A stretch of DNA of 64,000 bases from Octopus vulgaris (taxonomy: Eukaryota), in NCBI GenBank assembly GCA_951406725.2, contig OX597824.1, forward strand, positions 98,208,001 to 98,272,000, in the 5' to 3' direction. Shown here piece by piece: positions 37,506-52,958 of this stretch (positions are counted from its first letter, which is position 1; the number at the start of each line of letters is the position of its first letter). The position numbers and the translations under genes are program-made. Below the pieces are notes generated by a model. That model saw nothing but the letters and a program-made list of their open reading frames with translations. It had not been told where the DNA came from and searched no databases.

Positions 37506-37597
37506 GTGCGCGAACACAGGCACACACAAACACACATAAACATACACACATACATACGGGCATATGTTTCTATGTATATATATATATATATATATAT

Positions 37598-37656
<59 letters not shown>

Positions 37657-38813
37657 TACAAAGAGGGATTTAATGCAACTTTAAAAATTCTAAATTCGAA
37701 CTTATCTAATGAAATAATCTAATGGAATGAAAATTTAAATTTCCATCCCCCAAATGAGAAAACCCCGTTGTTTCAATGATTTCTGCTTCAACCGAAACAT
37801 TAACGTTGTGCCAGGCTTATAACCTTCGACATGTAATGGTTGTGTGCAACATAACAGTATAACGTTTAAGGTTCATATTTTAAATTCAGGCGATTACATT
37901 CCGACATTGCACTCTCTCACTTCTCACTTCTCACTGTTTTCGATTCAACAACATAAATCTAAGTTCAAGCAGTTCTGCTGCAGCATCGTGAAATGGCAAA
38001 GTTTTCTTTTTCATTTCATATTTCTTTTATTCATTTCGTTTTCCTCTCAAGACGGGTGTTTATAGATGTGAGGTAAGAACGAAAACTGAAAAGCGGATGT
38101 GACGTTTAGCTGCTTCCTGCTGCTGTTTTAGTCTTGGCACCCGTTTAAAGATGCAAATTTACAATCCTTTCGAATACAAGATGCTTCCGTCCCTAAGCAT
38201 TTCGGTTAAAGGATTGTCAACTGCACATGTTGGGATTAATTCACCTATGGGTCTCTATGAGTATCTTTCGTACCACACACACACACACACACACATACAC
38301 GCACACACATTGCTGATATGATAAGAATTTTATGAACTTGAAATAATTCGTTTTTTTTTTCGGTATAGTGGATCTCGAAGCACAAAGCTATAAATATGAG
38401 TTGATAAACCCTTTTGGGATTAAAAAAAAAAGTCGAAGGTTGCCCTTGGGACACGAACTCACATATATTTCTATAACGATTCCAGTTAACAAAGTTATAA
38501 TTCCATCTCTTAAACGTGATGCCATTAACCGACCTATCCTTTATTTACTCTTTCCCATGCGTTTTCTTTTTTGAAATCGTATTTTTTTTCTTTCAATTAA
38601 TTTTAATTTCGTTTCCATTTCTTTGATGTTTTTCTTTTTTTTTTATTTTCCAGATCAAAACTGTTTCCTAATGACTGACCCACGGAGAATTTCACAGAAA
38701 TTTCTCAGAAATATTTTTAGAAATGTACCGAAGCGTATATTTAATTCCTGTTGATCAAGAATTATGTTCACACTTGGGAAATTGCAATTTCGGTAGAGAC
38801 TTTGTAACTAAAC

Positions 38814-38850
<37 letters not shown>

Positions 38851-38960
38851 AACACACACGCACACATACACACATACATACATACATACATACAAACATA
38901 CACACACACACACATATATATGAACGCTTAAAGTATATAACTCTTCTACCAGCCCTTTAT

Positions 38961-39074
<114 letters not shown>

Positions 39075-40215
39075 CATTATCATTTTACTGTACCAATCTA
39101 CATAGTGTACCACAAAATACTCCTGTATGTCATTCCTTATCCAACGTTATTCACCGTCTTCGGAGAGAAGTAATACAGAGGCGAATACCACAGCTACGGA
39201 AGAATGACAATTATCCGAAACGTCGAACTTTTATTCTTCACAACAGTTTAATTTTATCTACAACTTTTTGCTAAAACATGTGACCACTATTTTCTTTGTA
39301 CCCCACATGCTGCCTTTTTAACACAGTCGTTGTTTATATAAAGTGCATATACGCAAACACACACACGCACCTATACACACACGCACGCACACACACACAC
39401 ACACACGCATACATACATACATACATACATATATGCATGCATACATACATACATACATACATACATACATACATACATACATACACACATACATACATAC
39501 ATACATACATACAGACATACATACATATATGCATGCATACATACATACATACATACATACATACATACATACATACACACATAGATACATACATACACAC
39601 ATCCATCCATACATACATACATACATACATATACATACATACATTCATTCATACATTTACATACATATATATATATACATACATATATATATGCATATAT
39701 ATATATATATACACATACATACATACATATACAAACATACATATATACATACATATACATATACATATATATACATATATATATACATACATATATATAT
39801 ACATACATATATACATATATACATACATACCTTCATACATATATACATACATACCTTCATACATATATACATACATACATTCATACATGTATACATACAT
39901 ACCTTCATACATATATACATACATGCATACGTTTGCGTGCGTGCGTGCGTGCGTGTGTACGTGTGTGTGTGTTTGTGTGTGTGTCTATACAGGAGAGTGA
40001 TACTAATAACCAGTTGTTAGAACTCAATATACGTGCAACAGTGTTTAAATCTTTTCCCCAAATAAACATGCGCTGGTTTTTAGAAGCTCTGAGGAAGCTA
40101 TAAGACGATGCACAAACATTCAGCTCTGGGTGCGACGCATCTTGTGGCAGAAACAGCTGTAAGCTAATAAAGTTGATTACGTAATTCTTTCTCCCTTGTC
40201 ATTTCTTTAATTATA

Positions 40216-40682
<467 letters not shown>

Positions 40683-40836
40683 CATATGATATAATTATAA
40701 ACAGAGCAAATCTTTAGCCATTTCTCCAGACAGAAAAAATGATGAACAACCTTAATCGATTTTCGAACTTTACCGGGTTCTCATCAGAGGCGTCCACATC
40801 ATGCTGACAGTCTCCAAAGAAACAAGTAAGCAAACT

Positions 40837-40900
<64 letters not shown>

Positions 40901-40927
40901 AAGTAACAAAGATGTACAGGTGTCAAT

Positions 40928-41010
40928 TCATTACGGCCGTTTCAAGCGACTCCTTTAATTGATTAATGAAAACATTACATCATTGCAAAGAAACCGTTTT
41001 CGTCAGATGA
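40928..41010 (-). ncRNA. Type I hammerhead ribozyme, same family as 29716-29802
   Basis: TCAT-CTGACGA-AAACGGTTTC...GAGTCGCTT-GAAA-CGGCCG-TA-ATGA. Confidence 0.7.
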
Positions 41011-41195
41011 CTGCATGGACTTCAGGCCCAAAGTAGAAACAGCTGCTTTAACGTATTCACCAACAAAGCTCAAATATTTACATACATACATATATATACA
41101 TAGGTGTTCTCTGATGAATACTGCATTAATTTCAGAAACATTGATTTATATAAGGAAGCAAATAAGCTGACACGCTACGAAGCGGTGTTGAAATG

Positions 41196-41275
41196 TTTCA
41201 ACTGATGAAGGTCTTAGGTGAAGGAAGCATGTTCCTGTTATGTTTTACACAGAACTGAAACGTACGCATTAAACG
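41196..41275 (+). ncRNA. Degenerate hammerhead motif
   Basis: CTGATGA-AGGTCT...AGAACT-GAAA-CGTACG-CA; the cleavage-site U is changed to C. Confidence 0.45.
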
Positions 41276-41312
41276 ATTTCAAAATATCACTTTTTGTTTT
41301 GACTTCATTATT

Positions 41313-41950
41313 TGTTGTAGTGAAAATGTTACGCTCCTTCTTCCCACGTGACAAAGCGGTATGGCCCAGCCAGCCACTATAAAATCAGACAGTCAGTCGT
41401 TGTAAGAGATCAGTAGTAGTAGAGTCGTTGCACGAGTTTCTCAGTTGGAGTCAGAGTCGGTTACGTGGCACATACGTGTTCGAGTTACAGTCAAGGTAGA
41501 CCTCAGAAGTCGGCGTCTCGCGGAGCTAGAAGCGATAGCACGATAAATAGAATGAGATGCGGAATAGCCCCACAACATGGTTGTGGTGACAAGAATATTA
41601 CAGTGCCGTTGACAACATACAAATGGACGGACGATGATCCACATTATAACAGTGGCGACGAGAATATAAAAAAATTCACGCGGACTACGTTGAAACAAAA
41701 ACAAGATGTAAACTTATCTTCAACATGCAACGGCGAACTGATTCATGGCCAAAGGGTAGCGATACCTGAGACTCTACAAAAAAAAATGTTGGAAGAATTC
41801 CATATTGGATATTCAACGATCGTAAGGATGAAAGCGCTTATGCGCAGTTATGTGTATTGGACGAAGATGGAGAAGGAAGTAGAACATGTAGTAAAAACAG
41901 CGGCCAATGAGGACGCCAGATGCATTTTGGCCATTTGGCCTTACCAGTGA
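41313..41950 (+). mobile_element. Gypsy LTR retrotransposon remnant: 5' LTR, PBS and integrase zinc-finger fragment
   Basis: TGTTGTAGTG...CATTATAACA LTR (41313-41651); PBS TGGCGACGAGAAT (41653-41665); RVAIPETLQKKMLEEFHIGYSTIVRMKALMRSYVYW. Confidence 0.82.
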
Positions 41951-41984
41951 GATGTACAACGTTTGTTTCAAATGAATAAATACA

Positions 41985-42024
<40 letters not shown>

Positions 42025-42865
42025 AGGCTAATAGTTTCTTCTTTTGAACGACATCTAAGACACTAAACAACCACAATTTCAGATTGTGAACCTGTTTCTC
42101 TTGTCTGTCTCGAATTGATGCTTTTAATGTTTACTATCGTTCATAAATACTAAAAACTCAACAATTAAGTCTTCGGATTCGATTCCTGCTGTTATTTCAC
42201 GTAAGAAACATCGAACCAAGGTGGCAGACTTTGCAATATTGTACAATGTTCGAATAACCTATCCTGCTGGGAGCTAAATGATTGATGAATTAGGACTGGT
42301 GAATTACGACTGATAAATGAAGCCGTGAAGATAAAATGAAACATTTCTAATAGCAGACATAGTTTCAAGATAATAAAAGCTGCTCGCCCAGCAGGAAAGG
42401 TAAAGAGGCAGAGGCCTGGCGTGTTGGCTCGCTTTCCGTTTCTCTCTTTTATGTCTCAGATTGGGGTTTATTACCTGTGATATCATTTACATCAGAATCT
42501 CAGCAACTAATTCGTTTGTTGTATCTTGTTGCTGTTTGGGCCTAGGTCAACCCTGGCGCAGAGTAAACCTACGATCAACGTATTCCTACCAAGATAATCT
42601 CGATGTAGTTTCAGTATTTTTTTCTTTTATTTTTAGTGGAGAGATAGTTACCTGTTATTTCTAGCAGATCGAGCGACCACTTTGAAACTCAATTGGGAAG
42701 AAAGGATTTAGGCGTAATTCCGTTCCTGTTGTTGGTGTTACTGTTTTGAGTGCGTTTGTATGTATAGCGAGTGTATATGTGTTTGTGCACGTATATGTGT
42801 ATGCGTGTGTGAGTATGTGTGCTGTGAATGTTTGTATTTATGCATATAAGTGCATGTGTGTGTGT

Positions 42866-42917
<52 letters not shown>

Positions 42918-43137
42918 TTGCGTATTTAGAAGTAAAACGCGTTACAACTGTGACGTATGTAAAACTTGGTGAGTGATGCTTCCAACTGCACTGTGGTAGC
43001 AGGGGTTGTGGTGAGAGTAGGTGCGAGAAGGGGTTCATCCGAGTTGAATGGGATCCTCTTGGCAGACGACCAAAAAGCCCGGATGGATTTTGGAAGGGGA
43101 AATCGTCTGATTTACGCATAATTACCTGCAGAACATT

Positions 43138-43175
<38 letters not shown>

Positions 43176-43457
43176 CGCACACGTGTGAGCGAATGTGTAT
43201 ACATATGTATATATGTATGCATGAACATGTGTATGTATGTAGATATGTATGTATGTGTGTATATGTACGTATGCATGTATGTGTGTATGTATGTATGCAT
43301 GTGTGTATGTGTTTATGTATGTATGTATGTATGTATGTATGTATGCATGTATGTGTGTTATGTACGTATGTGTGTATGTATGTATGTATGTATGTATGTA
43401 TGTATGCATGTGTGTATGTATGTCTGCATGTATGTATGTATGTATGTATGTGTGTGT

Positions 43458-43510
<53 letters not shown>

Positions 43511-44147
43511 CACATAAAAGCGTATCAATTATCAGTCTTAAACCGAAGTATGTGCCTAAGGCTGCCAGATTCCATTACACCGTGCAACGTTTCGTCTGCC
43601 GCCAAACCAAATCGGCGAACAACCTTTCCCATGGCAACGCATTCCCCTCAAATGCCTCACGTGAACTTTAAGAGTGATATTTGTTGTCTTTTCCTCCATT
43701 TTGTACAATATCGAATTATATCGCCATAAGATTAACACCAGTTTTCAACACGGATGTTTATCTAAAACTCTTCCCTTCACGAATTGGATAACCAACTGGC
43801 CTTGTTTCCGTCCTTCTTTTTACAGAGACTCATAAAACAAACATAAAGAAGTTTGCTTCTTTCCAACCACGTGGTTCTGGGTTCGGTCCCACTGGGTAGT
43901 CCCTTGAACAAGGGTCTTCTACTAGAGCTCCCATGTGACAAAAGCCTTGTGGGTGGATTTGATTGGTTGGAAACGGAAGGAAGCCCACTGTGTGTGTGTG
44001 TGTGTACACACGAATACGGCTGTGTGATAAGTAGCTTGTTTATCAACCACATGGTTCCGGGTTCAGTCCGGGCAAGTGTTTTCTACTATAGCCTCGGGCC
44101 GACCAAAGCCTTGTGAGTGGATTTGGTAGACGTAAACTGAACCCGTC

Positions 44148-44313
<166 letters not shown>

Positions 44314-44455
44314 GTTTAAGAGACAGAATCACCCTCAAGCAACTCAATCATCATTGAATGACATTATCCACAATTTGTACATAAAGGACTAAATATTAAA
44401 ATTATCAAAATTAATACCTTCAATTCTTATTTCGAATCATATACTTTACATTATA

Positions 44456-44562
44456 TAGACTACGCGCGTTTCATGACAACATATTCCTCGATATTGCTGA
44501 AATGGAATGTCTCTAAATACAATTCCATATTTAAACGATTATATTGCCAATCTTCAGGTCTA
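44456..44562 (-). ncRNA. Type I hammerhead ribozyme, intact
   Basis: TAGAC-CTGAAGA-T-TGGCAATATA...TATGTTGTCA-T-GAAA-CGCGCG-TA-GTCTA; all core bases and three stems present. Confidence 0.8.
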
Positions 44563-44815
44563 GCTTATTTTGCTATTTACATCCTATATAAAGACATGAC
44601 AAACTAAAATCATATAACTAGAAGTTGTTGGAATAATCTTACTTCAGTAAATAATGAACAGAAATGTGGAATAAAAGTAAGAAAAAGAAATATTAGTAAA
44701 TAGAAATGTTAACTTATCTGTATGGTAACTTTCTCACCATGAATTAAACATGGCTACCAGCAATCGTATAATCCAACTTCTCTCCACTGTGGACTCGGAA
44801 ATAACTTCCCTAATA

Positions 44816-44875
<60 letters not shown>

Positions 44876-45502
44876 TGTATGTTTGTATTTGTCCCCCCCC
44901 AACATCGCTTAACAACCGATGCTGGTGTGTTTACGTTCCCATCACTTAGCGGTTCGTCACTTTTGAGTCTGCTGTAGGTAATATATGTTTTATGTGGGAT
45001 CCGGGGGCGTCACACACTCTAGCTACGCTAGTGTATGTATATATATATATGTGTGTATGTGTATGAGTGTGTGTGTGTGTGTGCGTGTGTGTGTCCATGT
45101 TTGTGTGTGTCCAGCTTGACAACCAATGTCGGTTTATTTACGTCCGCGACTGAGAGAATAAGTCCCAGGCTCAAAGAAAAAAACAACAACTTACGAACTG
45201 GAAGCGATTTGTTCGAATAAACCGTTCGAGGCAATGCCCCAGCATGGCCGCAAATCTAACGACTGAAACAAGTAAAAGATAAAAGATATTTTTACCTGTG
45301 GTTGTTTAAAAGATATCATTTATTCCGATGTTACTCTGTTAATAGAATGTGAAGTCAAGCCTCAGCCGTCGCCACACGGAACGAAACAATCGCTGCCGGT
45401 GTCGGTTGTTCGTTGCATTCCTTCCTTCTCTTCCTTCTCACTTCTTCTTTCCAGCTCTATCTTTTGTTCTGTCTCTGTCATTGTCTCTCTCTCTCTCTCC
45501 TT

Positions 45503-45563
<61 letters not shown>

Positions 45564-45569
45564 TTAGTT

Positions 45570-46480
45570 CTTCTCTTTGGGAGAATATTAAAAAGCGGTG
45601 GGCCCCTGAAATCCAGGCTGTTACAGTAGCTGGTCTTGAAGCGTGATGGCATTGCTGGGATCTTTGGCACTATGCAGTGTCGTCCCGTTCTGGCATTGGT
45701 GTAGCTTACAATGCCAAAATTTGGCACAATTCCTTCCAGGATCTTCCAGATATATATTACTGCATACCTCTCCCGTCTCCTCTCCAGGGAGTAGGGTCTT
45801 AGCTGTTTCAACCTTTCCCAGTAGCTGAGCCGTTGCAAAGAGACGATATTCTTTGTGAATCTTCTCTGGATTGCTTCAAGGTCCGCTGTTAATTTTACAC
45901 TGGTGGGTGACCATAGCTATGAGCAGTAATCCAGGCGGCTGAGGACGAATGTCCGCCAGAGGACCATCATGGTTTCCTTATCTCTGGTTCTGAATGTTCT
46001 TAGGATCCATCCAGCCAGTCGTCTGCACTTTGTCGCCATCCTGGTAACGTGCACTTGGAAAGAGGTATCATCACTCATGTCGATACCCAGGTCCCTCACA
46101 GACTTAGGCTCTGGGATTGAAATTCCCTGTGGACCGGTGTACCCTGTAAGCTTCATATTCAGTTTTGGATGCTGGTAGCGCAGGGCTTGGAATTTTTCAG
46201 CATTAAACTGCATATTATTATCCTCAGCTCATCTGTAGGTTGAGTCCAACTCCTGCTGCAGGTGTGCAACATCACTGGGGTTCTATATATTCTGCGAGAC
46301 TTTCGTATCGTCTGCGTAGCATGCAAGGGTGGCTATCCGGGCACTTGCGGGCATATCTGAGAGGGCCACTATAAAAAGCAGTGGTCCTAAGATCACTGTG
46401 GAACACCGCTCACTATTTGTATTTTCATAGAGGTGGCTCCATTAGCCTCTACTGCCTGACTTCTATCTTTCAGAAAGTCA
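45570..46480 (-). mobile_element. CR1/L2-type LINE reverse transcriptase fragment
   Basis: LGPLLF...YADDTK...MQFNAEKF...RDLGI...SRLDYCS...YWERLKQL..YSLERRRER, with stops. Confidence 0.9.
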
Positions 46481-46755
46481 TGTCTTCTATCTTTCAGAAT
46501 GTTGATTATGTTACCTCACCACCTTCCTTACCGCTCCTTAATGTCTCACGCCTCGTTCTACATGCTCAGCGCCTGTCTGAGAATCTCTGGTTTAGGTGAA
46601 TGCCTGATCAAGGCAAGGCGGGATAATCATGGTAATATTTCGGCCTATTAGATCTCATCAGGAAAGTTATAGTATAGCCAAGCCTGCTTTGATCGGTTGA
46701 CAAATATGTTTTACGTAAAAAGAAAAAGAGAATGTATGGATAATTTTGAAGCATG

Positions 46756-46811
<56 letters not shown>

Positions 46812-46829
46812 CAGAAAGACAGACAGATA

Positions 46830-46862
<33 letters not shown>

Positions 46863-47180
46863 GGATGGTTGGGTTGAGAAAGAAATTAAAGAGTGGGTGG
46901 GGTGTTACAGCTTTTTATTAATTCCACCTCTTCCACCATCCCCACCGCCACCACTAAATAAATGGTTTGTTGTTACATTCATTCGTTACAATATTCTTCT
47001 GTCTTCTCTCCTGAAACATACCGGAACTCCATTTACTAGAAATAGCACCTACACACTCATACACACGCTCTCTCTCTCTCTCTCCCCCTCTCTCTCTCTC
47101 TCTCTCTCTCCCTCTCTCGTTTCCTTTCTCTCTCTCTCTCTCGTTTCCTTTCTCTCTCTCTCTCTCTCTCTCGTTTCCCT

Positions 47181-47217
<37 letters not shown>

Positions 47218-47833
47218 TCTCGCCCTTCTTGTCTTCTTCTCTCGCTCACACGTTTTTCGAGTTCTGTATCAATTTCATTCTATCTTTCATCCCCCCCCCC
47301 CTTAGCTTCCTTCCTTTTATTTTTCTAGATTTTTGGTTTCGCTTTGTTTTTTTTATCTTTATCCCTCTTTTTGCCTTTATTTCTCGATTTCACTTATACG
47401 CGCGCGCGTGTATAGAAAGAGAGAGAGAGAGATACATACACACACACACACACACACATTCCTTCAGCCTGTTCACCCCCAAAACCCCTTCCTCCCCGCC
47501 GCCATCCTCGCTGCACACTTAATTCGCCATTGATTCCCTCCAGTTGCAGCTGATAATGCTTCTTGTACGTTGTTGCACATTGCATTATCATCACTTTCAG
47601 CACCATCAGCTGCAACACCCGTGCTGCTGCTGTGTTGCTGCTGTGTTGCTGCTGCTGTTACCATTATTGATACTGTAGCAGCTGTTGAGATTTCTGCTGC
47701 TACTACTGCTGCTGCTGCTTCTGGTGTTATTGGTTTCCTCGCTGTCAGGGATGGAGCTGCGGCTGGCCTTTATTGCTGCCGCTGTTTCTGCTGCTGCTCA
47801 TATATACTTGTTGTCTAAGCTACCACCACCACC

Positions 47834-47884
<51 letters not shown>

Positions 47885-48045
47885 ACTACTACTACTACCC
47901 CCACTACTACTACTACTACTACCCCCCCACTACTACTACTACTACTACGGTAATCACTAGCGTTGTTGCTGTTGTTTGATAAAGAGTTGAAAATGTGATG
48001 GAGAGTTGAGTAGGATTAAATGTTGGCGTGTATGGACATTAATGT

Positions 48046-48097
<52 letters not shown>

Positions 48098-48570
48098 GAG
48101 AAAAGAGACAGACAGAGACACAGAGAGAGTGGGGCAGAGTGAGAGGAATACTATGGGGCTTTGTCCGACGCGGCAGTGGAACCACGTGAGAGAGTAGGTC
48201 ACAGTTGGTGCGACGAAAAATTTGACACCAATTAATAACTGGTTGAGTTAACCGTCTTTGTATGTCGCTGAACGTTTTCAATGTGTTTCTTCGACGCTGG
48301 AATCGTTTTACCTTCAAGACACAATCTCAGATCAAAACACTTGTCAACCAAGTTCACTCAGGTGTGTAATACACCTGTTTGTTGTTCATACACCTGTCTT
48401 CGTCTTTGGCTTTTCTATAAATTTCAACTACATAGAGAGAAAAAGCGAGAGATACGCATAAATATATACATATAAATATATATACATATATATATATATG
48501 AACATACATACATATTCACATACATATGCACACACACACATATATATATATACACATATATGCATACACG

Positions 48571-48616
<46 letters not shown>

Positions 48617-48869
48617 AGTGTTACCCATCATATGACAATGACTAACTTCTCAAGTATACTTTTTCCACACTGTAGCTAATATCAAGAATAATACCTGGAT
48701 AATTTACAGACTGGGCGCCACCTAGGCCCGTATAAGAGAACTAAGCTTAATAATAACGCGTTTGATCTTGGGAACAATCGTAATACATCACACAACCACC
48801 AAGTAGCCAATACAGGGAAGAAACCAGCACAAAACCAGTATAAACTTTGAAAACAAGACTCATAAAATT

Positions 48870-49800
48870 TGAAGGACTAATAGAAAAATCACATGGTATA
48901 ATTCTCCGTTTGGAATTCATGTATCCGAAGACATCCTGGGTATTTTCTTTAATGCGTTAAACATACATTTTCTACCTTCTAGCAGATCTAGAAAGATATT
49001 CAATAGACATAGCTTGAAGATGTCATATCCCACTACACCGAATTTAGTGGATGCTATAACGGCTATTAGTTTTATAAAATTGAATACCGCCAGAAAGAGT
49101 GAAAGTAGGTTTCTTTATTTAGAATGTATAGACAAACCCGGTTCTACCACTAATGCAACATTTATCAAGTGCAGAAAAGATGACGATAATAATTTATTAT
49201 CTCCTCTGGGTAATAACAGTCACACTAATATATAAGACCTCTTTTGATTACATACCTAGTAGAATGTGTAACTGTAGTAATCATGACATGTGTCTCTTGG
49301 ACAAACAGTTCTTCAGGAGGGGTAACTATATATAAGTGCTCGGTCAAAACAGACATGAAAGTATGCATTACAACATCGGTGCATCCGCTCCCTAATTCGA
49401 GGCCTGGTTACATAACCACATTTCTTCTTTTAAATACAAAAGAAAATTGCATTTCGTTGCCTAATTTCATCAAGGAATCAAATTAATTATGCATGCAAAT
49501 CATTGTATTGCGAGGAAGGGGTTCCCATGGACATACATCTGAAACGCTCGTAACAATAAATAAAGTTATTTAAAAACATAATCTTCGTTTCTTTTTATCT
49601 GAGTACTGTTATATTCTGCGATTTCTGGAGAAACGAATTTGTGATTAACTTCGGATTTACAGTTTTTATGGATTGCCTGGGGATATATAACCTATTCGAA
49701 TTTCTATATTCATCAGGAAACATTGTGCGAGCCAGGTTTTTTTCGCATTGAACACTGACTCAGATATTTACCGAGATTTCTTCATTCTCTATTTTCCTTC
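48870..49800 (+). mobile_element. Penelope-like retroelement 3' region (linker plus GIY-YIG endonuclease), decayed
   Basis: ITWYNSPFGIHVSEDI...HF...KIFNRHSLKMSYPTTPNL...CNCSNHDMC...IYKCSVKT...NHISSF. Confidence 0.75.
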
Positions 49801-49876
49801 ACTATACATACATATTCAATACATACATACATACGAACATACATACATACATACATACATACATACATACATACAT

Positions 49877-49924
<48 letters not shown>

Positions 49925-50572
49925 ACACATTAACACACATACACACACATCTCGAAATGAGGAACAAACAGACAGCCGACAACTGATGAACGGTCCTTTT
50001 TCTGTGTCAATTTGTCCTGTTTTCCATTTTTTCTCGCTGTTTTCTCGTTTTTGTCCTGTAATTACTGTCCACGTCTTGTATCGATCTCTGGTGTGTTTGT
50101 TATTTGCACCGTTGGTGACGTCCTGCACCCATACATGCATGTCTGTGTGTGTGTGTGTGTGTATGATGATGATGCAAACGGGAAAGATAAAAATCAAAAT
50201 ATGAGTCTTTGTATAATTATATTAATATTTAGTAGAAACATACATATATTTATACACACGCATACACACTCTCACACACACACACACACACAAACACACA
50301 CGCACATACACATGCACACAAATGCTTGTATCATTGTCTTGTTTAATGGACGGTTTGAGTAAATTCATCAACATTCGACAGGCAATAAAATGCATTTTAC
50401 CGTTTTCCTTTTAAATCGCTATGGAGGTAATAATTCTTTCAATTCTTAAAATTTGTAATTCATTGATTAACGAAATTCTTAAATTAAAAAAAATGTTTGC
50501 CATTACTTTTCCATAATTTTAAAATTTTCGAGTTCATTATACAATGCAATACATTAGCAATGAGCAGACAGA

Positions 50573-51002
<430 letters not shown>

Positions 51003-51329
51003 ACTTATGGAAATATAGAAAGACAAGCTGAAATACAAGGCAAAACACAAAGTGAGAGAAATATTGTTAGGAAGACAACCAAATCCATTTACGAATCTCA
51101 AATGCACGCTGTACTGGAATATGTAAGAGCACATCATGGCGTAATTTGAACGCAGAAATGGGAAAGGATGTTGGAACCGTAAAAGGATTTTGCCTTCTAG
51201 TTCCTCAATTATGCCACTCATTAGCAATATTAATTTATACCGGAAACAATATATATAATGAATATAACAAAAGTTGACAATATTTTTTTTATCCTATTTT
51301 TATTTTGTAAACAAATAATACAATATTAC

Positions 51330-51437
51330 ATAAGCATTTTATAATATTTCTTTCTTTTCTGGAAACTCACCGTGTACCGGCAGCTGCTGGCTCATGGACC
51401 GGCACCGATCCGCGACCACCACTTTGAGTAGCACTGA
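51330..51437. mobile_element. hAT (Charlie-like) terminal fragment
   Basis: Ends GACCACCACTTTGAGTAGCACTG (reverse complement CAGTGCTACTCAAAGTG), followed by ATCTAG. Confidence 0.55.
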
Positions 51438-52853
51438 TCTAGACCATTCTAGGTACTTCCTGCTCACCCTTTAGTAAACGAACTAACCTACAAAAAAAGT
51501 AGCCAAATCTCCCTCAAATCACATATTGCCATCTTAGTAAAAAGACTGGATAAAATGGTTCTTGGTTCCAAGGAAGACTATAAGGGAAGGTCACAATTGG
51601 AGTATGTTTGATCGTACTGTTCTCTTAAGGTTAAACAACAACAACAACAAAAAGGATCACCAAATCTACTAGAGGGCAGCACTTCCATCGCCACTCTCGC
51701 CTTGTTTCACTTAGCTCAAGTTCGTAATCTGCTCGATCCACTTAGACACAGGAACATGAATCCGGGTGGAGAAAACTGAGCGATTTTCCTGGCACGGAAA
51801 GTTTAGAGAGAACGGATTAAGGAATTAATCAGACGTGCGATGACGGGGGAGATTGATAGCAACGGGGGTGGAATTTTTTTTCATAGTAAAAGGATTAAGA
51901 TAGAATCGATAAGGTTTAATAAGGACGCAAAGATATAACTCAATGGATTAGGGGTTGGTGGAGAGGAAGTGGACAGTTTAGAAGAGGGGATTAGAAAAGG
52001 AATCACATTCTGATTTCTGCACCAGGTCATGGATCATGGAAACAAGAAAGTAGATTCTACCTGAATGATATCTGGTTCCTCATATGAAGGGACCTAACTA
52101 CAACTGACAGGCTATTCATCCGGCAACCGATCGTTTCAGTCACACTTAATGACTCGCACGTTTTATTTTCTTACTTAAATTCACAAATCTTCATCATAGT
52201 GTTTCGTTGTGCTAAACATTTCGATTGTGTCTCCCGTGTCGTACCATAATTAAAGGCGTAACGCTCGAACACATGTACGAAAATACGTAGAAACGAGCAA
52301 CTGATGCTAGTTTCAAGTTTTGGCCCAAGGAGGAAGTAAGTCGATTATATCTATTTCTTTACTACCCACAAGGGGCTAAACACAGAGGGGACAAACAAGG
52401 ACAGACACACGGATTAAGTCGATTATATCGACCCCAGTGCGTAACTGGTACTTTATCTATCGACCCCGAAAGGATGAAAGGCAAAGTCGACCTCGGCGGA
52501 ATTTGAACTCAGAACGTAGCGGCAGACGAAATCCCGCTGAGCATTTTCTCCGGCATGCTAACGTTTCTGCCAGCTCACAGCCTTCCAAGCTGATTCCTAT
52601 TAAGATTATTTGTAAACCTTTAAAGCGTTTCCTGTGAAGCTCTAATAATGCTGATTGCAGGGGTTAATGGAAGATTGAGATGCGGAGGGTTTGAGAGGTC
52701 CTGCATAGAAGATTAACCGATATTATAAGAAATGGTGCATTTATTTGGTAAAGTTCTTTCTGGACTAAAAAGATCGCCAGTAGTTGTGGGGGTTGTGAGA
52801 GGGCTTTATTGCCCTGGAAGAGTTGTGATGTTCGGTAAAAGCCGACCAGTTTC

Positions 52854-52907
<54 letters not shown>

Positions 52908-52910
52908 ATG

Positions 52911-52958
<48 letters not shown>

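Noticed and set aside
39296-40020. Long HTYI/MYVC ORFs (also near 20.2, 43, 50.5, 57.5 and 59.3 kb)
   Set aside because: Microsatellite translations of (CATA)n, (TA)n, (CA)n and (GATA)n.
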